64,000 nt of DNA from Schmidtea polychroa (GCA_044892525.1 CM097886.1:69812001-69876000); one strand, 5' to 3'. Positions 54,401 to 62,803 are shown, counted from the stretch's first letter. Program-made: numbers and translations. The notes: generated by a model not told the origin, from the letters alone.

Positions 54401-57400
54401 TGGATAGATTTAGCCTTTTCTGGAGCCATGTTGCCAAGTTCAGCTTGACATTGAATGCCAGCAAGTTGAATGGCTTCCTCAATATTTACTGGATGAGTTC
54501 CATCGATGATAGCATTTTTCAACTGAGATTAAGCATCATATTTAAATATTTCTATCAGATAAATGAATCTAATATAATTTAACAAAATTCATCGCTTATT
54601 TGCACATCACAATAAATATGATTTATAATTATACACAGGGCCGGCTCTTCCATATGGTGAAATTGGCATTTCCCGTGGGTTCCAGAGAGTTAGGGACACT
54701 CGCTTTCCGCTCAAAATTCACCACGAAACTTAAATGAATATTCTCTATACAATCCCTATATAATATATGTTTTAATTTTTTATACTTTGCTGTTCTGGTA
54801 AAACATTTAGTTTTACTATTTTCAACTAAAATTCAAGTCAGAGATTTCACTCAAGCAGTTAGTTGTAATCCAAAACTACTAAAAAGTTCAAAGTCATGTC
54901 AAATATCTCAATGTTTCGATGAGCTGTCATAAATAAATAAAACATAAACAGCCAAATTTCGGAGATTTATCATATAATTTTTACCTTTTCTTAATTCTAG
55001 GGAAAACTAAGAAACTTTTCTAGGATTTTATTTCAGATTTTTAGTTGAATCAAGACGCAAAATTTTCATGAATTATGTCACGTTCACAATGTTCCCAAAA
55101 AGATTCCTTAAAAACAAAAAGTCTATTGAAAAGAATTTTTTTTTGGTTTTTGTATATAATCTTGTTTTGTATATGCGCAATAAACGATAGTAATCCATGG
55201 AGCTCACATCTACCTACTCACGCGCTTCCCTTTGATAAAAATATCTTTTAAAATTAAAGTTTATTGAATTAATGTCGTTGGTGATAATCTTGACCGAGAT
55301 TTTTTTCTTCCTTTATCCTGGTTGACAAAGTTGTTGTAAGTTTGATCTGATTAATTAGGACCAGGATTTAGGTGCACTTGAACTATTTGATGTAACTCTT
55401 TATGCATGCTTCCCGTATATATAATTTCTCGTATGTATTACACAGAATGCAGTAGACTATTATCATTATTTTAATTAAATTAAATTTATGAAAGATTGTC
55501 CGAGTAAATAAGTATTATAAATTTTATATTTCTCGGAAAATGATCATTAATCTGCGCATTTTACGTTAAGTAAATAATGCTCAAATATTATAATTCACAC
55601 TAGAAAAACGCATGTGAATTATTTTTTCAATATATAAATTGTATATTTTAAAAATTATATTTATAATAATTTATAATAATTTATAATAATAGATACTGTA
55701 TAAATTTAAATTTCAAGTTTAATTTTATAATTCAAATACCTGGACGTAAAGAAGATTAAGCTGAATAGGGTCTCTTGCGTCGACGTTTTGGTCAGAGAAA
55801 AAATATTTACGTCTCAACAATAATTCATCTTTCTCGTCGAGTCCTAGTTGTCTGAGAGTTTTCCCATGAGGCAACCAGTTTACTAAAGAAAATGTGCATT
55901 GTTAATATTATTATTAAAAATGCAAAAATCAAAAAAATAGTTTACATTCGTCATCTGTTTTCAATTTTTGTTTCATTTTCTCCAATTTCTCAAAATCGCG
56001 AATCTGAGTTTTACCGCGTTTTAATGTCATCGTCTTCATTCGTTCGTTGTCATTCAATTCATATATCAAAGAATATTCTTCGTGGTTGCTTATTCCTGAA
56101 ATCGTTAATTAATTAATTAATTATTAATTATCCATGCAATTAAGATCAAAATCACTTGAAAAAATTAGTACCGAAAATTTGTGAATATCAAAAAACAACA
56201 TCGATATTTTTCCTGATTCATAGTCAAGTTTTTTAATAAATACAATGTTAAATGAAAAGAAATCAGTGGTGAAAATTGAAAAAAATTTCTTATTATATAT
56301 ATGAAATTATATTACAACATTGGAAAATGTTATGATAGATTGTGTAGTTGAGATTTAGGGAAATATAAAGCTAATACTTCACATATCTTGGTCGGGAGAG
56401 GTCGTTTTATATTTTGTCTAGATTGGTGATTAGAGGCGTGACGGGTAAAATTATCTTTCAAAATGAGAGATCTTTAATTATGGATATAATTATCGTATTG
56501 CTTTATTATCTAAAATACACTTGTCATTTACCTCCATTTATTTGCCAGACGAAGATGTGTTTTAAAAATTTTTTATTATTTTTTAAATAACTTTGGTTTT
56601 TTGAAAAATGCTCGATATGTATTGTGGTTCATAATCTAGTAACCGTTACAAAATTTCCTTATAAAATTTGTACAGGATTTATTACCCTACAAAAACAGTC
56701 ACATGTGCCTTAGACGTGAAACCAACCGTTACTGAGTTATTTAAAGAAAATACCTTAAGTGCTTTTATTTTATACTTCATTTTTTCATACTCACAATGTG
56801 ATATTAAAAATTTCTAAACATGTTGGAAGTTGCTATTCTTATTTTAGTGTTAGTTCGAAGAAAAATATATGATGGTATCACAGGGCCGCCGAGAGGTTGA
56901 GGCCAGGTGGTGAAAATACCCAGGGGCCCGGGTTCAATTTGTTATGTATTTAAATATACTATTACTCACAGTTAAGTTGACTTAACTACAATCAGTTTAA
57001 AATTCAAGCATCTGAATTCCATCAGAATAAATTGAACGAACATCAACAAGTAGTTAAATCAACATCAGGATCAATATTCAAAAATAAACTAAATAAAGTT
57101 TTGAGTTTTTTTAATGCTGGAATTAAAAACTGTCATATTTACTAACTATGATTACTGAAACCATATGTGTACTCTAGAACCCACCCACGGACCACAGGCC
57201 ACTACGTCAAATAAAACGTCATCTGCTATTTTATGTGTTGTACGATTAACAATTGTTTAGGGGCCCGGTATTGCTGTCGGCGGGCCTGTGGTATCATAGT
57301 TAAGTTTTATTAATGTTTTTTATTATTAATTTTTATTAATTATAATTAATTATGCATGGATTTATTCTAATTAGAACGCATGAGGTCAATCACCAAATAT

Positions 57401-60193
57401 TAATGAAATCAATTTAATACAAGTTTATTGTATAGAAATTTTATTTATTACGTAATTATTTATTTTTGTTATATTTATATTTATAAGGGTTAATGTCAAA
57501 ATATTAATATGAATTTGATTAATATTTAAATATGAATAAGAATTATATAATTAGGTTAGTAATAAATTAAAATTAACTAGTCAGATAAACTATTCGAGTT
57601 ATTAATACAAATAATTTTATAAATTCAGTCATTAGTAATGTTAATAAATAAATTTAATTTATAATCTGTACTAAATTTAATGTTTATTTAAAATCTACTC
57701 TTAAAATAAACATTATTTAAAGAATCAAATGTAACTTTGAGTAAATATACATTAAAATCTTTAACTTATTTATATTTGATCTGTTTTTAGAACTTTGTCA
57801 TTCTTTGGTGTTATAGATCATTGGGCAGAGGATATGCCTCTGAATAAATAATGATAAAACGATGATAATGAACAAATTTACATAGCAGATTTCATTATTT
57901 TATTATAATTTTAAATGAAAATTTTCAATTGTCTTATTTCCGACAATATCTTATTATAAATTAATTGATCTTTAATATCAATTTTATCTTTGGTATATAT
58001 CAGGGGTAGCACATACGAATCTAAAGAGAGCCGTAATCCGGTTTTTTTATTTTATAAAGAGTCATATGTAGATACGCAAATTCAAAGTTTTTTTATTTAA
58101 TGTAATTGAATAGTTTCACGAGACACATAAGAACATAAGAACACAAAAAAAATATAATTATGAAAAAGAAAATAATTATTTCAAAATTTTAGTAATAAAA
58201 TTCAAATATAAAAAAAATATTTAAATGGGAGTCGAATTTGCTCACCGTTGTTATGTATAGCAAATCTTTGATTAAGGTGACAAGGGATAAATGAATGTTT
58301 TTAAAATAATTTAAATTTCTCTTTATCACGTGTTATACACTAAATAAAACACTTGATAAAGGCTTATTCGAAAATTTGTGTTGTATACAAATAATTTGTG
58401 ATTTTTTATCTGAATCAAAAGTAAATGAAATATCAAAAAAGAAAATTGAAAAACTATTAAAGATATCGGCAAGCTAGGAACCACAATTATATTTGCGTTG
58501 GATAAATGAAGCGTTGTTACAGCTGTCTTTCAAACTTTCCAAACATCAACTTTTCTTTCAAAGAGTAACCATTTCTGTTAGGTTCACCTTAAGCATCCGA
58601 AAAGAAAATATTGTGCAGTAAGAGCAAACTGAGAAACTTAGAAAATATTCAATATATTTTTAAATACATATATTCTTTGAAAATATAAACAGACAAATTT
58701 CGATAATTTGCCTCATGTTCCGGTACTATTTTAGGGTTATACCTAGGGACGGCTTTTCCAAATAGGCGAAGTAGGCGGCCGCCTAGGGCGCTAAATTTTG
58801 TAAGGCGTAAAAATATTTTTATAAATTATTTCTTGAATATAGAAAAAAAATTATTTATTAAAATATGCGTTTGATGATTTAACATTTTTTTATAATAAAA
58901 TTATCTTCAAATAATGATTGAATTTAGATGTATTCTAGCTCAAATTTGGTGACGTCTCGTAAGGATTTGTATGCATTTCTTAGAATTATAAAATCAAAGA
59001 ATGCTTATTTTATAGAATCTTAAAATACAAATGTGGCCATGTCCCCTAAATTATATAAGCTAGCCTCATCAAACTTTGCAAATTAGTCAAGGTTGGTCAG
59101 GTTAGGTTAGGCAAAGTTTGGTTGAGTTAGCTTATATAGTTATATAGATTGAAACGTAATGTTTCAGTTGGCATTCTTTACGGTAGGCGCTTCATAAAAG
59201 TTTGCCTAGGGCGCTCGACTTAGACAAAATTTCTTGAGCCGCCCCTGGTCATACCAATTCTTTATTCCATTATGAGACCCAATTATAATTTCATAAGGGA
59301 TTTTTATCTCAAAATCTTATTATTCTATTGATATTCGTATTCCATAATTATAACAAATGGACTTTTCTACAGTAAATAATTTCCTTTCATGTTGTAATAT
59401 TATCAATGACTTCTAAAAAAATCCTAAGAAATCAATATAATTAGCCAATTAAAAATTTGATTTTGAAAATCGATATTTTAAATTGAATCAATTTATTATT
59501 TCAATCAATTATTTCTATCAATAAAAAATATCATTTTACAATCTTGTTGATATTAATTTGTCAACAGAAACACATTTCCAGTGTGTTTCTTTAAATATTA
59601 CGTAATATATTAACTGCAACTGAAAATTAATCACGACTGAATCAATTAACATTGAAACATATTAATAAGATCAATCAAATTTATTAATTTAATTATTTTA
59701 ATCCGATTAAATTTATTTAATAATGAAAGTTAATGAACCCATTTTATTGCAAATTGGTAAAATTAATTCTGCTATCGATTTACTATCATCAACTTCCAAT
59801 GTTTTTTTTGTATCATCCATCGTTCGAATTATCAATCGTCTCATTCGAGATTTGAATAACAGAACGAGATTCTAGAATTAAAATTAAATTAAATAAGCAT
59901 TTATTTGAATTTATATTACTTTATCCCCCAATGGATAATATGAAACCGGTTTTGAACTGTCCATCCAATAAGCTCGCATTGAATCGGCATCGGGAACGAA
60001 TAATCCAAATTCTTCAACTATATAAAAATTTTAAAATTAATCTTTAATTCTCAACTAATAAACCCAATAGATTTTCTTTCTGTGGAATTCTTTTAAAAAG
60101 ATCTCGGCATATATCATATACCACAGTGTCTAAATCCAATTTTAGTGAGATTGTTTTATTTGTGGGAACAATTAAAATTCTTAGTGTATGCAT
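19770..60193 (-). CDS. TLN: Talin, complete 41-exon CDS (FERM head F0-F3, rod, I/LWEQ actin-binding domain, dimerisation helix), about 2,725 aa
   Basis: Manually spliced exons keep reading phase with GT-AG at every visible junction and sum to 8,175 nt, plus any bases hidden in the gap at 21433. Translations match talin hallmarks: TVVYDICR, RRKYFFSDQNVDARDPIQLNLLYVQ, KTYGITFFLVKEK..KNKLVPRL, DFGDY..QTTEGEKIAQLIGGYIDII, LYPLPGET, RGTQCCIVAANSV..MVADLDTAILF, IAENELLEAATQIETAAKKI, QWSHGLISAARLVAAAT, RLQAAGSAVKRATEALVK. Confidence 0.97.
19961..20278 (-). CDS. TLN: Talin exon 40 (R13, I/LWEQ)
   Basis: ARLVAAATENL...RLISASKQVAAGTAHLLLACQVKSD...RLQAAGSAVKRATEALVK. Confidence 0.97.
20341..20535 (-). 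CDS. TLN: Talin exon 39 (R13, I/LWEQ)
   Basis: TFDGQIIVACGSIVSATSHLVRMASLSQQELVSQGR...QWSHGLISA. Confidence 0.96.
21294..21433. other. Assembly gap abutting the 3' end of talin exon 38 (other gaps: 32206-32358, 36054-36335, 44442-44756)
   Basis: Runs of N. Confidence 1.
21434..21558 (-). CDS. TLN: Talin exon 38 (R13 start; 3' boundary falls in an N-gap)
   Basis: DDPNSHCAIAENELLEAATQIETAAKKIALLKPRK, then the gap. Confidence 0.92.
21603..21963 (-). CDS. TLN: Talin exon 37 (R12)
   Basis: AANVGRKAVTDL...ASRRIAHSIHEITESATQLK. Confidence 0.92.
22260..22950 (+). mobile_element. IS630/Tc1-family DD34E transposase relic
   Basis: IFLDETG (22563), IMDNVKFH and FYCPQLNPIE; D at 22799 to E at 22904 is exactly 34 intervening codons. 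Confidence 0.85.
23748..23902 (-). CDS. TLN: Talin exon 36 (R12)
   Basis: SVENLILMTKPLILASQKAIVAVQTFKQED. Confidence 0.92.
23945..24141 (-). CDS. TLN: Talin exon 35 (R11-R12)
   Basis: MVKSVDGLIKSVKSLEDSGLRGTRALETSLEAMRKE. Confidence 0.93.
24210..24420. mobile_element. piggyBac MITE in talin intron 34
   Basis: TTAA|CCCTTTGAGGGCG ... CGCCTCAAAGGG|TTAA. Confidence 0.92.
24512..24783 (-). CDS. TLN: Talin exon 34 (R11)
   Basis: QENLAMA...QLCEVVKSSASAIG...QTLLLNAVRDVAVAL. Confidence 0.94.
25386..25703 (-). CDS. TLN: Talin exon 33 (R10-R11)
   Basis: LQSNSRGTQCCIVAANSVNEMVADLDTAILFVGSGTL...IFKITKSLVSD. Confidence 0.95.
26261..26910 (+). mobile_element. pogo/Fot1-like transposase relic (psq HTH, CENP-B HTH, start of DDE)
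   Basis: KWKQEDM...EAHRQYNTPKPTLRRH...GRP...AGKWYYKFMK...LSLR; then AFNKE..FF..Y, QLYNVDKT, TSSERG. Confidence 0.85.
27091..27423 (-). CDS. TLN: Talin exon 32 (R10)
   Basis: Open phase 0-0 exon; KKLVHDYDSLT...EKLKKCVV. Confidence 0.83.
27470..27598 (-). CDS. TLN: Talin exon 31 (R9-R10)
   Basis: CHGTLENMIASIQKSAAR. Confidence 0.82.
27759..27972. mobile_element. hAT-Charlie-type MITE
   Basis: CAGTGGTTCTCAAAC ... GTTTGAGAAACACTG; perfect 8-bp TSD TGTTATAC; GCGACCC subterminal repeats. Confidence 0.95.
28500..28970 (+). mobile_element. Tc1/mariner-superfamily relic (DUF4817-type HTH)
   Basis: ISALRIKRLVDKFETT...KKCGR; heavily decayed. Confidence 0.45.
29415..29552 (-). CDS. TLN: Talin exon 30 (R9)
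   Basis: RGEIIELTKTVLEAFLAMVQEC. Confidence 0.88.
29600..30064 (-). CDS. TLN: Talin exon 29 (R7-R9)
   Basis: MVEGSCSLLRAAGALV...FSAPGQREY...LGRAVWQAGSYLAPIAE. Confidence 0.93.
30113..30424 (-). CDS. TLN: Talin exon 28 (R8)
   Basis: LLEAGKRVAEATANLIKTI...LNTVEQLSQIA. Confidence 0.92.
30676..30951 (-). CDS. TLN: Talin exon 27 (R7-R8)
   Basis: IPVACKTGDSNDFCSAVQVLSSS...AVTQANYKLG. Confidence 0.9.
31005..31197 (-). CDS. TLN: Talin exon 26 (R6-R7)
   Basis: VSDSINDLLSAC...CESSQRQLEALKTSL...PINNCSYNQCMQSV. Confidence 0.93.
32122..32708. mobile_element. hAT MITE spanning an assembly gap
   Basis: CAGGGGTTCCCAACC left end, degraded right end, TSD TTCTAAAG on both sides. Confidence 0.75.
33057..33127. 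repeat. (TA)n microsatellite; others at 4374-4397 and 21045-21065
   Basis: Direct. Confidence 0.98.
34460..35100 (+). mobile_element. Tc1-like transposase relic
   Basis: KQFEVASTF...VRFTVKR...SRYSPLTTAKEGRYL resembles the Tc1 paired-HTH/GRPR region; GC-richer than flanks. Confidence 0.5.
35677..35942 (-). CDS. TLN: Talin exon 25 (R6)
   Basis: LTSGLKSVSNNSTDLLDHLKLLLAASGSSDVNLLRQSLLKAA. Confidence 0.9.
36352..36555 (-). CDS. TLN: Talin exon 24 (R5-R6)
   Basis: LVYRIPAYQEIDSL...SHSQVQSEFTTAVAIFNQ. Confidence 0.87.
36597..36745 (-). CDS. TLN: Talin exon 23 (R5)
   Basis: QIDVIDCGKQIIRSGEDVIQGIK; phase 1 in, phase 0 out. Confidence 0.83.
38100..38993 (-). mobile_element. mariner transposase relic
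   Basis: Terminus ACGAGGTGCGTTCAATGAGTTTCCGGACT; LRKIIIVDETPLSFYGLKTKRE (first catalytic D motif). Confidence 0.7.
39611..39788. mobile_element. Tigger/pogo MITE remnant
   Basis: CTCGCATATAGGCCGA ... TCGGCTAATATGCGATTATATACGG|TA. Confidence 0.6.
40064..40289 (-). CDS. TLN: Talin exon 22 (R5)
   Basis: IGSSSKAASKIF...LLRGARGIAAL. Confidence 0.9.
40341..40616 (-). CDS. TLN: Talin exon 21 (R4-R5)
   Basis: QTSLADLKQCVQQA...ARGELYPLPGET. Confidence 0.93.
41490..42394 (-). mobile_element. Tigger-like element with C-terminal transposase remnant
   Basis: TA|CAATAGACCCTCGCCTTACGAC ... GTCGTAATTGCGGGGGTTTACTG|TA; FENDDPDFQRSSKV motif in ORF 41815-42045. Confidence 0.8.
42717..42851 (-). CDS. TLN: Talin exon 20 (R4)
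   Basis: LPEVILACTKIRENPIDPNAQNNLLNACQKLIQ. Confidence 0.9.
42907..43128 (-). CDS. TLN: Talin exon 19 (R3-R4)
   Basis: ENQQGLMQAAHHM...RLSKGLEFAGRQTALTADQLV. Confidence 0.92.
43570..43845 (-). CDS. TLN: Talin exon 18 (R3)
   Basis: IGNSLEMVTQAQILAEAGTELAD...RRLMIAAQALTDAVGKLVHATK. Confidence 0.94.
45077..45226 (-). CDS. TLN: Talin exon 17 (R2)
   Basis: VIDSVDNVMQRVQ...ICESIDKLKQHL. Confidence 0.87.
45285..45500 (-). CDS. TLN: Talin exon 16 (R2)
   Basis: QALLIHAAKNSGKATSMLISAAKVVACSIEQPLSQQQL. Confidence 0.92.
45709..46135. mobile_element. Degraded piggyBac-like MITE
   Basis: TTAA|CCCATTGAGACC left end; weak right end before TTAA near 46136. Confidence 0.45.
46925..47131 (+). CDS. Glutaredoxin-like segment (TGR-type Grx N-terminus, CPYC active site) nested antisense in talin intron 15; gene or pseudogene fragment
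   Basis: MPPIHTPLEEWINKINASPVLVIFRKTTCPYCLKIKKSLQEVNIKY resembles the recalled N-terminus of flatworm thioredoxin-glutathione reductase (MPP..W......V.LFSKTTCPYC.K.K..L....IK). A GTATGT donor-like site is at 47132. Confidence 0.7.
47633..47875. repeat. 110-bp tandem repeat, about 2.2 copies
   Basis: Unit atactttatatccagtgacaatcgagaag... starts at 47633, 47743 and 47853. Confidence 0.95.
48199..48330 (+). pseudogene. Probable second half of the glutaredoxin domain (VP..FIGDS region)
   Basis: RTPIVPPQFFIGDS resembles the TGR-Grx TVPQ.F..GKFIGDS motif and ends at TAA 48330. I found no clean in-phase splice to the first segment. Confidence 0.45.
48357..48405. repeat. (ATT)n microsatellite
   Basis: Direct; the source of the poly-Ile ORF 48236-48424. 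Confidence 0.97.
48480..48668 (-). CDS. TLN: Talin exon 15 (R1-R2)
   Basis: ALMEAVNKVGEASRLLLHII...RDTLLTDAK. Confidence 0.88.
48723..48922 (-). CDS. TLN: Talin exon 14 (R1)
   Basis: DYGRIDAAIATIGYN...GGNLIEAAKTLLNAFQDLLNASKP. Confidence 0.9.
48974..49109 (-). CDS. TLN: Talin exon 13 (R1)
   Basis: SSRNYRKQTLDIAKTRVKGNLMSMTMATGNLLMMMQHDEDSDDND. Confidence 0.88.
51052..51262. repeat. 76-bp inverted repeat (51052-51127 / 51187-51262) with a 59-bp spacer, probably derived from a PLE LTR
   Basis: Near-perfect reverse-complement arms carry hammerhead stem II/III sequence; the spacer contains CAGGTAAGTAT. Confidence 0.92.
51096..51137 (-). ncRNA. Minimal type I hammerhead ribozyme, intact core
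   Basis: Minus strand reads AUAGUA-CUGAUGA-GAGC(CAAAA)GCUC-GAAA-CUAG-UC^UACUAU: full core, 4-bp stem II, palindromic ACUAGU stem III, GUC cleavage triplet, 6-bp stem I. Confidence 0.85.
52268..52408 (-). CDS. TLN: Talin exon 12 (R1)
   Basis: LSQPKRALMIRIGDNLKILKAATEDLDKHIEVAKLGNDE. Confidence 0.9.
52469..52658 (-). CDS. TLN: Talin exon 11 (head-rod linker)
   Basis: ANVISHNFIDK...GVVSQGRVGPAQ...NVNVQ; phase fits both neighbours. Confidence 0.85.
52703..52881 (-). CDS. TLN: Talin exon 10 (F3 and neck)
   Basis: DFGDYSDENYVIQTTEGEKIAQLIGGYIDIIIKKQK...EENVAPS. Confidence 0.96.
53785..53940 (-). CDS. TLN: Talin exon 9 (F3)
   Basis: EKVRAKNKLVPRLMGISKEYVMRVDEKTKEMIQNWPLTTVRRYAA. Confidence 0.96.
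53992..54096 (-). CDS. TLN: Talin exon 8 (F2-F3)
   Basis: VKVIYAQLCRSLKTYGITFFLVK. Confidence 0.95.
54288..54351 (-). CDS. TLN: Talin exon 7 (F2)
   Basis: LKEFLPKEYVKTKGIDKKIIA. Confidence 0.94.
54395..54522 (-). CDS. TLN: Talin exon 6 (F2)
   Basis: LKNAIIDGTHPVNIEEAIQLAGIQCQAELG. Confidence 0.94.
55740..55882 (-). CDS. TLN: Talin exon 5 (F1-F2)
   Basis: NWLPHGKTLRQLGLDEKDELLLRRKYFFSDQNVDARDPIQLNLLYVQ. Confidence 0.96.
55946..56095 (-). CDS. TLN: Talin exon 4 (F1 loop)
   Basis: ISNHEEYSLI...RDFEKLEKMKQKLKTDDE. Confidence 0.94.
56881..57288. mobile_element. hAT (CAGGG-type) MITE
   Basis: CAGGGCCGCCGA ... TCGGCGGGCCTG; perfect 8-bp TSD TGGTATCA. Confidence 0.92.
58744..59247. mobile_element. 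hAT (CAGGG-type) MITE
   Basis: TAGGGACGGCT ... AGCCGCCCCTG; TSD gttatacc/gtcatacc; GCCTAGGGCG subterminal repeats. Confidence 0.85.
59739..59871 (-). CDS. TLN: Talin exon 3 (F1)
   Basis: RRLIIRTMDDTKKTLEVDDSKSIAELILPICNKM. Confidence 0.93.
59920..60017 (-). CDS. TLN: Talin exon 2 (F0)
   Basis: EEFGLFVPDADSMRAYWMDSSKPVSYYPLGDK. Confidence 0.92.
60064..60193 (-). CDS. TLN: Talin exon 1 (F0)
   Basis: MHTLRILIVPTNKTISLKLDLDTVVYDICRDLFKRIP; GT donor at 60063. Confidence 0.9.
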
Positions 60194-61440
60194 TGCAAAA
60201 AGAAATCTTAAATTCTTTAAACGAAGCTGTTAATAATCAATTTGAAATTGGATATATTAAATATGTTATATATTTGATATATTTGATTTGATGAATTTAT
60301 TTGATATATTTGATATATTTAAACACTTTATTTTTATCATTCATATGTTGCAATATATTTCGATATATCAATTACAAATAATTTATTGAAATTATTATAA
60401 TTATACTTTTACCTATAAAATTAAATTTATTTAGTTAGTTAATTTTAACTCTTAGTGAATATTTACAAAATTGACACCCAGTAAAATAATTTGCCGTAAA
60501 TATTTATCCATGAATTTTATTTAATATTTTTATAGTTATAATGGGGTTTCGATTTTTTTATTGCTGTGACAGGGCTGTCACATTATAATCGTAATTTGAT
60601 ACTGGTAACTTTCTGTAGCCCTGTTTGAATTAATAATTCATGCATTAAGAGGTTAAATCTGTGGGGACAGAATTGAGGAAATTCCATTTTGTTTGATTAA
60701 TATTGTTGGGCTCAGCACAGGAAATAGCTTTACATTTTTGTCTTCTTGTTTGAATTAATAGTGATTAAATAAGCTGAATTAAATGTTCAATTGAGACAAA
60801 ACCACATAGCATATAAAAAGCATTTAGATACTTTAAAATAAATAACAACATCAATTAAAACAAAAATAAATAAAACAAAGAATAAGTAAAAAATAAAACA
60901 ATATTAATAAAATAATCAATGCAAGCAATTGCACACGTAACATATTTTAAACTCATAAATCACAAAAAAAATCGCTGAAGAAACACAGAATGGCAAAAAA
61001 AATATCATTTTATCCACTGAATAAGAGTGATATAGAAAGGCGATCATTTGACCAATCAGAAAGATAAAAAGAATTAATTTAGAATAAAAACAAAGAATTA
61101 AAACAAAATATGAAAACAAAATTATTGTCTTAGATCTTTGAGTGGGTATTTTAAAAATGATATCTATATTTAACTTTCTGCACATTTCTCAGTTGTTACA
61201 AGTTCGTTGATGTGTTTGAACGTCATTTTAGGGCTCTGACTTACTTATTATTGTCAATAAATGACTTAATTTTACTAAAGGAAAAAGATGGATTTGAATT
61301 CTTAGTAAGTATTTTATCCATTAATATTATTTTCTAGAATAATGTTTCTTTTATTACATAAATCATAAATATGTGTAGTTTAAAATTCTATAATTAGCGA
61401 TAGTAAAAAAAAATGATTATTATTGTCATATTGCATATCT

Positions 61441-62260
61441 AAACTCAGCATGTCCATATGGACACTTGTGTCACTAAACAATTGAAATTTAATTTACATA
61501 TTTTTTCCATATTTTTTTTTATATTAATTTTCGGTAAATTATTCAGTTTTAGAGATGTCTCATGCTCAATAAAGAAAAAGGATAGTGAATAAAGTATTAT
61601 ATGGCCTATACGAAGTTAATGATGATAAGAACGTTCATGAATACAATATATTTATAGCTCCACCTGATCCTGCAGTTTTAACAGATGAAGATTATGGAGA
61701 TGAAAGTTGTGGTGGTACTATCGAAAATTTAAATCACAGGCAACTACTACCAAATCCACAAGTAAAAGCTAAATATATAACTGAAGAAAACAGAACAATC
61801 AACTATGGATTCGGAATATGGTGATAATGATGACGCAACTGTAAATATATCTCGTGAATTTGACTATTCAGTAGTTAAAAATAAGAGAACCGGAATTAAA
61901 GTGGAAATGTAATAATTTTTACTGCCATTTCCTGAGCTGAATTATAGTAAATACAAAGAAAAATCTGCGAGTCAACTGTTTGAATTGTTCTTCGATAAGG
62001 ATATTGCAGATTTGTTTGTTGAAGAAACTTATAAATACGCCCAATCTAAAAATAAATCGAAATAAAATGTTTTATTGGAATTTTGATCTTGTCTGGATAT
62101 AATATGGATATAAGTTCCTAGTAAAAGATTATATTAGAGTTCAAACTTGGATGTTAGAAATGAACTTGTTTGTTAATCATTGAAACGACACCGTTTTGAA
62201 GAAATAGTATGCTTTATACACTGAGTGGACAATAAAAACACTAATTTGAAGGTAAGATGT
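61441..62260 (+). mobile_element. piggyBac (PGBD3-like) transposase relic
   Basis: IFIAPPDPAVLTDEDYGDESCGGTIENLNHRQL; SASQLFELFFDKDI...VEETYKYA; FIGILILSGYN; RHRFEEI. Confidence 0.85.
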
Positions 62261-62641
62261 GGGTAATAAGGTCATGGAGGAACACATTGAAGAAAAATCT
62301 ATTAAAAATACTTTGTACCCTTTTATTGTCTGTGTACTATATTATGTTGATTATTACTTTCTGTTATTAATTTATGTTTAGAAGATTTGTAGAGCCCAGC
62401 CGAGTCTCCTGTAAAAAACGGTCTCGGGACAGCTGGGGTGAATTTGTATTGTTTGAGGTAAAGTGTTTGCTGATGGTTATAAACTAACAAATTAACAAAA
62501 ATATAACTAACAAATTTAACTTTACAACTTTTATTAATAAAAAAAACTAAAGGACCTTAATTAGACTTAGGTATTTTTCGGTGATACTCTGACTGAGGTG
62601 ATTTGCAGAATCGTATAATACACATAATATTATTACTTTCG

Positions 62642-62803
62642 TATATTTCTAAGTAGTGGCTATAATGGGAATCCTAGGCCGCCCCACCCTCCGATTTCGC
62701 TCGTAAAAAAAACAAAACTTGTTTTGGTTTTTTATCCTCGCTCATCTTCTTGTAAAAACGGGGCGTCCTAGGATTCCCATTATAGCCACTACTTAGAAAT
62801 ATA
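62642..62803. repeat. Inverted repeat with perfect 37-bp arms containing AGTAGT
   Basis: TATATTTCTAAGTAGTGGCTATAATGGGAATCCTAGG and its exact reverse complement ending at 62803. Confidence 0.92.

Noticed and set aside
54636-58020. Solo hAT-like left ends at 54636 (CAGGGCCGGCTC) and 58001 (CAGGGGTAGC)
   Set aside because: No right TIR or TSD found, so boundaries cannot be set.
60570-60625. Tiny CAGGGCT…AGCCCTG MITE
   Set aside because: No matching TSD; too short to support.
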